A stretch of 52,290 bases of DNA from Catajapyx aquilonaris (GCA_000934665.2 JYFJ02002710.1:1-52290); one strand, 5' to 3'. Numbered from the stretch's first letter, positions 26,601 to 39,200 are shown. Made by a program: numbers and translations. The notes: generated by a model from the letters alone, not told the origin.

Positions 26601-29600
26601 ATTTACTACAGTATTTAATTTCACATCTAATTTAATCCTTATTAATCTTGATAATGTATTAATTAATTTGATAATGTGGTATTTAATCTAATATTGTTAT
26701 TAATTTATTATATTATGTAATTTATTGACTTGTTATTTATTATATTTTGGGAATGTGTCATTTTCTGTTGTGTCGATTAAATTGTTATTAATTGATAACT
26801 ATGAATGAATTAATTAATTTAGTAATGAATTGTTTTAATTATTAATTTGTCACTATCCCAGTAAGTAATTTAGTAATGAATTATTTTAATTAATTTGTTA
26901 GTATCCCATTAATTAATTAAATGTATTATTAATTTGTTACTATCCCATTAATTAAATGTATTATTAATTTGTTAGTATCCCATTAATTTAATTAAATGTA
27001 TTATTAATTTTAATACGTTATTATTTAATTTATTATTCACTATTTTAATTGTTCTATCAATTTATTACGTATTACTGTACCATAATTAGTTGCATGTAAC
27101 ATCACCTAGCATCATCATGTATTTTAATTTATTAATTAATTATTTTAATTTATTATAGTAATTTATGTATTATTTGGTCGAGAGGAATTAGTTGGATGTA
27201 ACATCGCGTAGCGTCATGTAACAAGAGAATGCCACCAGATGGTTGCGCTATTTTAAAAAAAACCAATAGTTCCGCGTTGAATGTTGGTACGTACAAGAAC
27301 GTACCAACGTTCGCCCTCATTACGAGCAATTTCAGTAGATTCAGGTGCAATCATTTGGTCGCAATTTGTGCTGAAGTCATTGCAAATATTTTCCTCTCTT
27401 TTTCCACCCCTGCCAGAGGAAGTGACGGGTATGTTTCCCCTTGTCGTTGCGATTAGTCGTGTGGCGGTCCACTGCATTTTTTTGACTTCTCCGCAGGTCG
27501 TGGCGGGTATGGCTCCGGTTTTGGCACCGGCATGCAGCAGCCTCCCCCGCAGATGCAGCAGCAGCAGCCGCCGCAGCAGAACCAGCCGGCTCGCACCCCG
27601 TACTCGACCAGGTCTGCCATGAGCCAGCAGCAAGGGTCGGCCATAGTGTTCAGGCAGGTGAGTCGGGTCGAAAGTCCAAGGTCTTGTGGTTAAGATCTTG
27701 TCTACTCTCAGTTTGGATGCACTCGCAAGCTGGCGTGTCCCACCTAAGGTGCCGATTTGTGCCGAAGTGTAGCCTAGCCTGTGTGTGCATCCAAATTAAG
27801 TGAAGCGTCGGGTTCCTCACCACAGGGGTGTCTTCTTCGATTAAAATTTTTGTGTCTCAATATGGCGAGTCGACGACGGATAAAAAAAGTTGACAATTTG
27901 AAAGCCAAGAAATGAAACCCTGGTAGGGAGGATCACTTTTCGCCTGCCGCTGTTTTGGGGTGCCGCAGGTGTGGCGGACCCGTCTGCGGGGGGCTCGCCC
28001 CAGGGTGCTGCCCATGGGCCTTTGAAAAAAAAAAAGCTCTACATGGTTGGCCCCCCAGACATTGGGTCACCCCCTCCCGAATATGCCAAAAAAAAAAAAG
28101 AGATCGCCCCCTAAACGCGGCTGGCCACAGAGCGGGTCCCCCCTTGTCTTCCCCGACCCACCGTCCCGTCCCCCTACCTTTCCCATTGTTCGTTAGCAGC
28201 AACAGCCGCCTCCGCCGCCACCCCCGCTGCCTAAGGTGAAGCCGCCTGCTGAGCCGGTGCCTCCGCCGCAAGCACAGCCGTTCCCACCTCCTCCACCGCC
28301 GCCGCCACCAGCCATCCCGCAGAAGGAGCCGGTGAAGCTAGAGGATGACGTGGCGATGGCGGCGTTGGATGCAGCCGACGCTCCCGACACACCCGTGACT
28401 CCCAGGAAGCCAGCATGGATCAAGAGCAAGGGGGCCGGTGAGTGTGAGTTAGCGCGGATTTGAAGGGTCCACACACATCAGGGCTGTACACTGTCCACTT
28501 GCTAATCTCATCTGTCCCCCAGTGTCTAAAGTGTCGAAGGGCACGAAGAAGAAGCGGTTGAACGCCCGTCTTCGCAAGATCCTGCAGCCCAAGAACCCAA
28601 TGATGGTTCTGACCGAGCTGCGTCCGGGCATCAAGTTCGACATAATCGAGCAGAAGGGACCCATACACCAGGCCATCTTCATCGCCAGCGTCGAGGTTAG
28701 TTGTCCGCACCTGGTGCAACTCAACGAACAAACAAGCTGACGAACACAATGTGACCAGTACGAATTGACCGGTTTAATCCCCTTCAGGTCGACGGCAAGA
28801 GCTACACCGGCCAAGGCGGCTCCAAGAACCAGGCCAAGCAGAACTCGGCCGAACGTGCGCTGAGGGCCATCCTTCTGGAGAAGCTGTGTCAGAGTCCAGG
28901 CGCCCGGGCTTCAACCGCTGGCGAGAGCAACGGAGGCGACTCTGCCGGACCCACGCCCATGACCACCGAGTCGGTGGAGGACATGGTCCTGACCCCGCTG
29001 GGCACCAGCAGCATGGAGCTGGATTCAGGTAGTGGGCCGAACAATAAGGGATCATGCCACGTACTGTCTTGTGAGTAGTTTAGTCCAGTCGGAGCTTCAA
29101 GGCTTTCCGCTTTGTCCTGCTGAGATGCTCTCGCTTTTGATGTACCAACCGAATGCGGATTGTAACTCTTGATTGTTTTCGCAGGTCTTCTAGGCGACAG
29201 CACGGCTGGTGTGCGGAAAGGACACCGGAACGTTCCCGAGGACGAGACGCCATGGAACTCGCTCGCTTCTTACGCTATCTATCGCCTGTTCTGCGAGTGG
29301 CAGACCCAAGGGGTGACTCTGCCTGCTTCAGTCCTCGGTGGACCGACTGATCCCAACGCAGCCGCACCAAACGCGCCACTGGGGGTGTCAATAGACTCTG
29401 AAGATGGAAAGGTATGCGATTGTCGCTCAAGTGTTTGCATCAGTGATGGGCATAATTCATTTTAAAATGACAAATTGCCTGCAAGTCAAATCATTCAATT
29501 CGTCCGTTTGGAATTAATTCCGAGTTGAATTGTGCCCGTCACTGGTTTGCATCATGTCTAACCCGACATGTTTTTACAGGGCGAGGCACAGCGTATCCCA

Positions 29601-29932
29601 AAAGGCAGCGTCCCGCATCCGATGAAGGATCTGCCACCGAATCCGGAGCAACGGAATCCGACGATGCTGCTGCACCAGTTGCGTCCTGGGATACAGTTCA
29701 CCGATGTATCTGAAAATGGGAGGCCACCAAACACGCAGTTCACCGTAGCCGTTGAGGTCGACGGAAGGACTTTCGAGGGAACAGGTCAGTACAAAAAATA
29801 ACGGGCATTCGTTGGCATAGCCGCTAACGAATCTTTTCGCTTTTTTTTTTTCCAGGCAAGAACAAGAAGGAAGCGAAGCGTGAGGCGGCCAAAACCGCTT
29901 TGGTAGCCGTGTATGGAGTACTGTATCCATAG
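23604..29932 (+). CDS. DIP1 (Disco-interacting protein 1)-like dsRNA-binding protein with two dsRBMs and a Gly/Gln/Pro-rich N-terminus, up to ~514 aa; exons 23604-23637, [26036-26040], [26304-26472], [27417-27428], 27497-27657, 28197-28437, 28523-28695, 28788-29028, 29185-29411, 29580-29784, 29856-29932
   Basis: dsRBM1 PKNPMMVLTEL...VEVDGKSYTGQGGSKNQAKQNSAERAL; dsRBM2 NPTMLLHQL...VEVDGRTFEGTGKNKKEAKREAAKTAL; inter-domain motif PWNSLASYAIYRLFCEW resembles the DIP1 family; no deaminase domain. Bracketed exons are less certain. Confidence 0.8.
24040..24830. repeat. GC-rich compound tandem repeat with a 122-bp higher-order unit, in intron 1 of the dsRBP gene
   Basis: Alternating GTACCAGTTG and GTACTGGTTG subunits; near-identical ORFs starting at 24293, 24415 and 24537 show the 122-bp period. 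Confidence 0.9.
26580..27170. repeat. AT-rich low-complexity intronic tract with short repeats
   Basis: Recurring TATCCCATTAATTAAATGTATTATTAATTTGTTA. Confidence 0.7.
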
Positions 29933-30469
29933 GCTTTAGACGAGAAATCTCTACAATTTATTAAAACGAATCATGTCCGTACCTTTGGCACATCAAATTC
30001 ATTCGTCATGGATGCTAAAGCCTCAACGGCAACATAGAAAAATTCAGGTGTCATGTTTAGCCTCGTATTACATTCAGTGCATGAAATCTTGTACTACTAC
30101 TACTATTTGTTTTGTTTATTTTTGACATTTTACATTGTCCTTTTATTTTTTTCCCCTCCGCAAAAACAACTGATGTAACATTTAGTGGGAAATGTCTCGT
30201 ATTAAAAGGAGGATGACGAGAAAATAATTGTACAGAGTTGAGACTTTCTGATCCCGGATCCTAGATTTTTTGCTATTGAAGTGGTCGTAATAGGCGTAAT
30301 AGGCGTAAAAATTAATTAACATCATTAACAAGCAGTACATTTCAGCCGACGTCTCAATGTCATTAAGCGGGAACAAACAATTATGCTAATAATAATTACG
30401 TTGAGGTTCTCAGGGAGATTTGTAAAACTAATCGCTTGTACTTCAAGTACATTATGTGGGGATGTGCAC

Positions 30470-32651
30470 TTACTTCAAGTACCGATAAGGCACATGGTCA
30501 TCTCGCAGCCGATGTCCGCACACTTCCACCACAAACCACAGGCCGGACACAGCCATACCCATCATCCACAGATAGAAGACGTTCCCAAGTTTGTTGATGT
30601 CCAACAGCCGTCCCTTCCTTACCCGCAGACTGTCCGGGTTGTCCCTCAGCATCTTAAAGTACTTGTTTAGAAAGTTCTGGTAGTTGATCCTGGACTCCAG
30701 TTGCTGGAACAGATGTCCCTGGAACGTCCGCCGGATGGTCCTGTCGTGCACCTGGAAGTGGACGTGATCTCGACCGAAGCAGGGACTGGTGTAGGAGTTG
30801 AGGGGCTTCTCCAGCCAGAAGAGGGTCTGCGGATTGCCAGATGCGTCCATGAAGTAGTGTCGCTCTCGGTTGTACAAGTAGTCGACAAGAAGGCAAGCGT
30901 AGTCTGTAGTCTGGGTGGCCTCGATGCAGTCGTGTATGGAGTTGACGATGGTGGTACTCTCCAAAAGCGATCTGTACAATGTAACTTAACATTCTTTTCA
31001 TACAAAGGCATGTTAACCTACCTGTACACTGGATTGTCCAGTTCCTCCAGGATCAGCGAGAGAGCCACGGACACCATGAATGTACTGCCAACTTCCATCC
31101 GGGATTCCAGGAGCTCTGGTGCGTTTCGAGGCAACCTCTCCGGACTCGGAAAAGTGATGAGAGTCACCAGTCTGGTCTTGTACAGCGTGACCACAATCAG
31201 TGCGAAGAACGACATGCATCCATGGAGCGTCCGGGTTCGGACGTACCGGCTTGCTGGTTGCTCCAGAAATTCCCGGAGCATGAACCGAGCATGGGAGGCC
31301 ACGGAGCGGGATTGGTCCAGAAAGCGAAGAACGACGGAGGTTCCAATCACAGCGAAAAGCAGTGCAATCCACATGCTGGGAGCGTACGGCTGGAATATTA
31401 CGTACCATTTGATGTCCTGTCGGGGCGTCCTGGTTACGAAGCCTCCGTGTAAGTACGCAATTGGGTACAAAAGCGCAACGGCTTTGGCCGATATAGGCGT
31501 AAACAGGATCAGACCTAATAATTGAAATAATTACTATGGTATTTTGCAGTACTTGGAAATAACCTACCTGACATGTCGACTTCTCCGCTAACGACAGCCC
31601 TTGCTATCCCAGACAGGCTTCCGTTTGCCAGCAGCTCCTTATCGCTGATCTCCGGAACCACCACGGTCATGGACATGTTGAACACAGCCTCCCAGTACAG
31701 GACCATCTCCTCTTCAAACGACAACGGCATCTCTTTTCTCTTACGTTTTCTAGCGTCCTGCACATCTATGTCTTCGACGAACCCGACAGCCACTTTCTTA
31801 CCATTCATGTTCATTGGAGGGGATGGAAACAGTTTGTGGCGGTCCATCCCTGCAGAGTACGTAAAGCGATTGAGGGAGTCCTCGCCTGATGGCATACAGT
31901 TGTAGCATACGTTGTGTACGATCATGGCTCTGCTGAAGTGTGAGAGCATCTTGAGGGCTATACCACGAACCGGATCGTCGAGAAGGATCGATGGATGCGG
32001 ATCACTCGTGTGGATCATAACCGGATCGATCAGGTTTCTGAGCATGAAGTGAGCCGCAGTGTGCATGATCAGCTCCGGCACACTGGATATGTTTCGGGCC
32101 AATATCAGGTTGAAAGCGCAGGATCCTCCAGGCCACAACCTGGATCTGAGTTCAGGCGGTTGCGTTCTGAAGGACAGCAGATGCTCCGGTTTCCACACCC
32201 ACGGATAGTCTGAAGGGTCGTACTGAAACGAGTCCATCCGACTGATCACAACAGGTCGGTTGATCCACACCAGCATCTCTTGCAGATGACGCAGAAGTTC
32301 CGGATCATCCATACCCACCCCCAAGGAGCACTCGGGGTAATGCCGCTTCAGGATATGACCTACGACCGATGCGACGGCTGCACTCTCTTTGTCCACGTCC
32401 ACCAGCCGGACATTTCCTGACTAAAGAAGCATCAAAACAACTTACATGAAATTTAAAATAAACAAGTATCGGCTTACCGACAATGTAACGAGCAACAGGA
32501 CGGTTAATGTCGCACCAAACATTTTTGTGCGTGCAATGACTCTCCAAGGCGCATTAGAAGCGAGGCAGCTGCAGAGTTTATTTACCTCAAGTAAACCCCA
32601 ATTTCCGGAGAAAGTCGTGCGCCACAAAACCAAGTAAATGACAGTCTTCAT
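30470..32651 (-). CDS. Divergent ionotropic receptor (IR/iGluR-like) 1, ~637 aa; exons 32651-32586, 32420-31568, 31514-31022, 30971-30470
   Basis: IR hallmarks: FPSPPMNMNGKKV, GSLSGIARAVVSGEVDMS (S1), IFQPYAPSMWIALL (M1), LIVVTLYKTRLVTLIT (M2), LDINKLGNVFYLW...FVVEV (M3); splice phases consistent (1914 nt). Confidence 0.82.
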
Positions 32652-33128
32652 GTACGCACTTATCCGATCACACTGATATAGTAATGAACACCTTGATTTT
32701 TACCAAAAATAATTTGCAGTTTTATTTCACAACAATTATTTTACTGTACGACGTATGTTAATTGCATGATTTCATGTTTCTTAAACATATTTAGATGCTG
32801 ACTGTCATGAATTATTACAGCGCACTGTGCAATTTTCGAGTAATCTTCTTCGCCGCAAGTCCTTGGGTAAACCGTACAGTTACCCTGTAATTTTCAGGGT
32901 AAATGGGTACTCATGATTTGCGCTTCAGAAAAATGTGGGTCAAAATTATCCGTAGGTCAACATTTATTTTTGGCATCCTTCGTACAGCTCAAATGGTGTG
33001 GTTCAATAACAAAATGTTTCCAAATATTATTTGGTAGCCTGTTTCATATTATACAAAAATTTAATGTCAGTTGTACTAATTGGTCTCTCGCACATGCACT
33101 GTACTTATTGTACCTAGGGAGTGTATTT

Positions 33129-33176
33129 GTCACCAGTGACAACACATCTCCTAGGTGCTTGGTGCTGTGTAAACAA
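33129..33176 (+). promoter_or_regulatory. RFX X-box plus forkhead F-box upstream of pseudo-ADAM A
   Basis: GTCACCAGTGACAAC (33129-33143) and GTAAACA (33169-33175); the same pair recurs upstream of gene B. Confidence 0.55.
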
Positions 33177-33200
33177 GCTCATTCCAAAAGGAGACTTGGG

Positions 33201-36200
33201 ATGGCAAGTACTGCTTTGCTCTTTGCTGCTCTTGCGGTTGTCATCTTCGGTACCTTAGGAGCTCCGTACCCAAAGGACTACCACATCGTGTCCACTCATG
33301 TCGTACCGGTAAGGTGGAGCCAGTCTGTGTTGGATTGGATTAGTATGTCCCCTACTCTATGTACAGTACACAAATTGATGAATATTATGCTGGTACTATA
33401 TCGGTCAAAAAGTTCGAGCTCGATCTATGTTCAGCACATTATATGATCGAGTAGATTTAATTGGAAAATTTGCATATTTTTTTATTAAAAAAAATAATCG
33501 GGCGAGTACAAAAAAATTCGGTTTCGAATTAAAACAGTCGCTTATTGTGGACAGCCTACAATAATTAATTAATACATTAATAATTATTAACCAATTAAAT
33601 AATATTTAAAAATCCCGTTCTTTTCCGTCAATCGGAATTGCTGATTGCTATTCATTGTTGATCAAATGTTCATTTCAGTTGATTGTTGGTCGAATATGTC
33701 GATTTCCGTTCATTAATTGTTAATGTAATGATGATTTCTATGGTTAATCGAATGTTGATTTCAGTTCATTGTTAATATCTAATGTTGATTACAGTTCATT
33801 TCCAGAGTCGAATGGTTTGATTTTCATTTGTCAGTCTGATCAGGGAGCATAAATACTACATAAGAGGCGCAAACATTCGATTTCCGCGTCTCTCTGTTTG
33901 GGGCCGTTGCCAACGCTGGCGGCCATCTTGAAGTGTGGGCAACGCCAACGAGGTATAAATAGGGTACAGGCAAAAAATAGGGTCCGCCATCTTTGATTCG
34001 CTCGTGTTCTTGCCGTGTAGTTGCCGTGGCCGCCACAATCATCAAAGATGGCGGACTCTCTTTTTGCCTGTACCCTATTTACCCCTCGTTGGCGTTGCCC
34101 ACACTTCAAAATGGCCGCCAGCCTTGGCAACGGCCCCAAACAGAGAGACGCGGACATCAAAGGCCCCGACAGAAGTTTGCTGGTCTAATGTTTTGATTTG
34201 AGTCCATCGTTATGGCTCGATGTTGATTGTTAATTGGATGTTGGTCCATCCACTTCTGGAGTGCGGTTGACCACAACAAAATTTCAAGTGCTAGCGGTAC
34301 ACTCGAGAAGAGGGGGAAAAACCGCATTTTGTCAGGCAAGCAGGCCACTTTGCACAGTTGTTCCTTCCAGGCCCAACTAATGCTGGATTAGGTTACAATA
34401 TTAATTTGATTTGTTTTAAATGTCCGCAGCACACCACTCGCTTCAAGAGATCCTTGTCGTCACCATCCCACGAGGTAAGTTTCCGTATACCCGGCATGAT
34501 CATGCAGGATTATACAACACCTGCTCATGTCTCATCATCCTCAGACCCGACAAAACCAAGATGAGGATTGTCACTACCTGTCGCTGACCCACGTGGATCC
34601 TGACCTCGACTTCTGTTTCAAGATACATGTAGAGGAAGGCCTGAGGTTGGTCCTGATGGACAAGGAGGGCGAAGAGGAGTTCAAGTTGCCCAACACGCCC
34701 GAGGGGGCATTGGTCAAAGGGTATGCCACGGCCGGGGTCAGGAACTCCTCGGCTCTTGGTTACCTTCACGAGGGACAGTTCTTCGGGCGCCTCGCGGTGC
34801 ACGGGAAGGACTTTGTGGTCGACCATATCCACACGCATGACGCGGAGGGCGCTCCTTTTCCGGCACGTCGGGACCACAAGGCGATAGTGTACCGGCATGT
34901 CGAGCCATCCAACCAAGAAGAGACAGCAGATGATGACGGCAAGGAATTACGGAGGTCCAAGAGGGCAGCTCCAGAGAAGTTCGGGGCTTTCGGGAGGCAG
35001 GCCAAGGAAAAGGTGCCTTTCCATGAGTACAACCCAGTCAGGACCTTCCACCCGGAGAGGTGAGAGTGTATATATGTCACATATATGTCACACAAGCATT
35101 TGCCACACGCCTTTCATATCCACAGGACCTACCCTGTCGTGTGCAGACTGGTGTTCATGGCAGACCACGTGTACTACAAGTTGGTGGCCTCTGGATCGGA
35201 GGGATCCTTGCTGGCCTTCCTGAAGGTCGTCACCTACGCAGTCAACATCCGGTACATCTTCTCGCACGTCAACTACGAACCAGGCAAGCCGAACCCTGGA
35301 ACTAGGTCGGACAACATACGATTCAGAATCAATGATGTAAGTCTCACACCTTTTGTATCTTGAGCGGGGCTCTCGAACCATCAGTTAGTGAGAACTGTGA
35401 GTGTCTTAAAGACTGTGATGACAACACTCTGACTCCTCCTTGCAGATTGTGCTCTTCAAGGATACAGACCAGGAAGGTTATCCGATCACCAGCTCCTTCG
35501 AAGTTACCAACGCACAGTCGTTCCTGGGGGACATGAGCATGGGATTGAACTTGCAGGAGTTCTGTCTAGGGATCGTCGTCTCTGGCCAACTGTTCAAGGA
35601 AGGCCCTCCCGGTGAGTTCCGCATTGTCAATAAAGCAAAGGTCTTCCTTACCTTTTCTTGGCTTGTCAAACAATTGATTGTTTCCAGGTGCCGCCTTCGT
35701 TCCGACTCCGAAGAAGATGACTGGAGGGATATGCGAGGAGACCTTATGGGTTGGAGGCAGGATGATGAGCAGGAACCTGGTTGTCGTCTCGGCAGCCGCC
35801 AGTGAGACGACCCTGAATCCCATGACGAAGACGTCGACCACCATAGCCCACTACATGGCCATAGCCATGGGAGCCAAGGACGAAAAGAGCAAGAAAGAGT
35901 GCCACCCGAAAGGTAAACATCCTATACAAGGCCAGTTAATCCTCTCTGTAATGTCCCTTATTCCGGCTATTCAGACCCGGAGAAGAACGGCTACTATCTG
36001 ATGTACAGCGACGACCAGAGCGGAAACCTCCCGAACCACTGGCTGCTCTCAAACTGCTCGAAGATGGACATCAAGAGCACCTTGAAGGAGAAAATCAACT
36101 GCTTCACTGTTGGTGACACCTCCTACTGCGGTAACGGTGAGTATTATTTTACAGTCCTCCCAAGGGTATAGTCTAACGGTGTCATGTTGGGGCTACCTGG

Positions 36201-39200
36201 CATGATGGGAATCGAAGACATTTTTTTGAAGATGCCATGACGTTGTGTTACTTTGTTCAGGCATCATCGAGCGAGGCGAAGAGTGCGACTGCGGCACTGA
36301 GCACGTCCGGTTCGAGTGTGGGGGTCACAATGACTGTTGCCAACTAGCGTTGCATCCGGAGGAGTGCAAAATCATGTAGGTTGTCGCAGGTCAACTCATC
36401 GCAAACCTATAGGGCCGTATTCAGAGTCAACAACAAGAAGTTAGTGCAGTGCTTTAAACCACGTGACTCAGTTCACTAAGAAAAGTCGCATTCAGAGTCG
36501 CGCTTTAGGCCTAGTGCGGACTTAGTGCGGACTTAGTGCGATCCTACTAAAGCGGTGCACTAAGGCAAAACTTAGTGAACGGGACCCCCTTCTTTTGCGT
36601 CGAACTAACATCGAAATAGGCAGTGGCGGTAGTTTGAAAATAACTTAACAGCTTTTTAAACTGCTGCTAAGCGATTTTTGGCGCTCAATCTTCATTTGTT
36701 TCCCCAGCCTGGGGAAACCAATGAAGATCGTCGCCCTGGGGATTAAATCAACATTAAATGAAGCACGAATGAAGATCGTCGCCCGCCGACCCCAGCTCTG
36801 ATTTTTTTTTTTTCGTAAATTCGTCATTACTAATTATTTAATCATCTAAAATGTGTTTTCAGGTCTATAAAATGTATTAAAATCGAAAAAAACATGAATC
36901 AATATTATTTAAAAGCCCATTTATCGTACAGACGGTGCCCGAAAACCTGCCTGTGAAATTGTGGCAACACCGCGTCTCGCTAGCGCAGTGTTCGAACCTA
37001 GTGCGCTCCTCTAAGTAGGCAGTGAGGCGACTCTGAATGGGAGCAACTAGTGTGGCGCTAATGTGGACCTAGCGTCGCACTACAAGTAGTTAGTGTGAAC
37101 TTTTGCACTGCATTAGCGAACGACTCTGAATACGGCCCATAGAGTTGGCTTGTTGTTTTATTTCCTTGAGAAGACGGATGTGTTGAGTTTGTGTGTGTGT
37201 GTGTCTTTTCAGTATCCCAAAGCCGTGCGCCGACGGAAAGAAGAAGTGCGCGATGTGCGGCGAAGGGAAGAAGGACAAATGCGAGGCAGGCGAAACACCG
37301 TGCGCACAGGGAGAGGTTCCGTGCATACACTGGGCCAAGATGTGCGACGAAGACGAGAAGCCGTGCGTCGCCTGCAACAAACCCGATAGCGTGTCGAAGT
37401 TCTTCCCTCGCGTTTGCACCGAAGCTGAGATCAACGACAATGCCACGAGAGTATGCGACGAGGAGGAGCCGCCGTGCATCCATTTCAGGATGTGCGAGGA
37501 GGAGGAGATCCCGTGCTTCCCGTGCCTGGACATGACCACGACGGACTGCGACAAAGAGATGGAGCTCGAGGGGAAGAAGAGCGGGCTGGCCCGTGAGAAG
37601 TGCGAGAATAACCAGAACCCCTGCAGACCATTGGAAGAGTGCGGGACTGGAAAGAAGTCCTGCAAATTTTGCCCCAAATCCGGAGATTGCAGGGAGAAGG
37701 ACGGCTCGTTCAAGGAAGGCTACTGCGACACGGACCGTTTGGAACCAGAGCTTCCGTGCGCGGTGGACAAGCTGTGCGAGCCTGGCGCCAGTCCCTGCGT
37801 TTTGCGGGAGGTCGCCGCCATGACTAGGGATTGCCCAGACTTCCATCGGGACGAGCCGCCGAATTACGTCCTGTGCCAAAACTACACGTTTCCTTGCAAG
37901 CTTATGCCAGCCTGCACCGATAACTCGAAGGCCTGCGACCCTCCAGATGAGGGTAAGTATTGCCAAGATGGGGTGCCATGCGCCCCGAAGACGGAGGCGT
38001 GCAGATTGTATAGTATACCTTGCCTCGTGGAATGCCCCGAGGGCAAAACCTGCACAGATAATGAGCTGTGCGGCCCTACCAAGAAGCCGTGCGTCAGTCC
38101 CAAGCTGTGCTCATTCGGAGAGAAGCCCTGCACCATGTGCGGCCAGCCAGGGTACCCGGAGTGCTCGACCTGCGACATAATCAAAGCCTGCGGGAGTGAC
38201 ATGGTGCCCTGCGTCGTGAAAAAGGCCTGCGAAGATACGGAGACGCCGTGCAGGTGCGGAAATGGAGACGAAACGTGCGATCAGATCTACGGGCTAGAAG
38301 ATGTTGAACGCGTTTGCTTTCCGAACGAGGTGTCGTGCTTACCAAGGAAGGTGTGCACCGGAAGCGAGGGTCCGTGCAAAAGTGACAGGGTAGATCCGGA
38401 TTGCCCCCCAGCGGCAGATGCTTATGACTGCTCGCATGACGAAATGCCGTGTCAGTGCAAGAAGGCTTGCGATAAGGGCGAGAAGCCCTGCCTGATGAAA
38501 GCTGACTGGGACAAGTGCCAAATAAGCAACACCAGTCTCACCGTCGATGAGCGAAATTGCTCCGATGCGGATATCAGGGAGTGCTATGCCAACACCTACC
38601 CCTGCATTGAAGCGAAGCAATGCAAGGACGACGAGTGGCCCTGCACGAGATGCGGCAAGCCAGGGGAGCCCTCGTGCACCGACGGTGCATGCGTCGCAGA
38701 GTGCTCCAGACGTGCTTGCACAACATCATGCGCGAGACCCTTTTGCAACCAAAGCTGCGAGTTCCGGTATTTTGACACGTCGTTGAACATTCCTAAAGGC
38801 TGCTGGCGTGGCAATTGCCTCAAGGCCTGCAGCGAGGAATCTCGACCATGCTACGACGAATGTTGGGAATGCGACGCCGCCTGCTCGACCGAGGCCTGCC
38901 TGGGAACATGCGCTGATATCAGGAAGATGTGCGATGTAGAATGCTTAGGTGTCGTTCCTGAGGGCGTGTGCGGCAACAAGTGCGATCTGAATCACAAGAG
39001 ATGCGACAAGGACTGCGAGTCCCAGAAGAAGAGCTGCCTCTGGGCTTGCAAACTCTGCGTGAAGGGATGCGAAAAGTGCACGACCTGCTCGATGGAGGAG
39101 ATGCCGTGCGAACACAAGCCGGTGTGCGGGTCCGAGAAGACACCCGAAAAGGACAATTGCTTCCGGATGCCGGTGGCGTGCGTGGTGTGCAACAACTCGT

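Noticed and set aside
23604..29932. ADAR assignment
   Set aside because: Only two dsRBMs and a stop right after dsRBM2; no deaminase domain.
33824..34201. ORFs repeated at 42648-43193 and 44471-45296
   Set aside because: Translations of the non-coding palindromic MITE; no transposase motifs.
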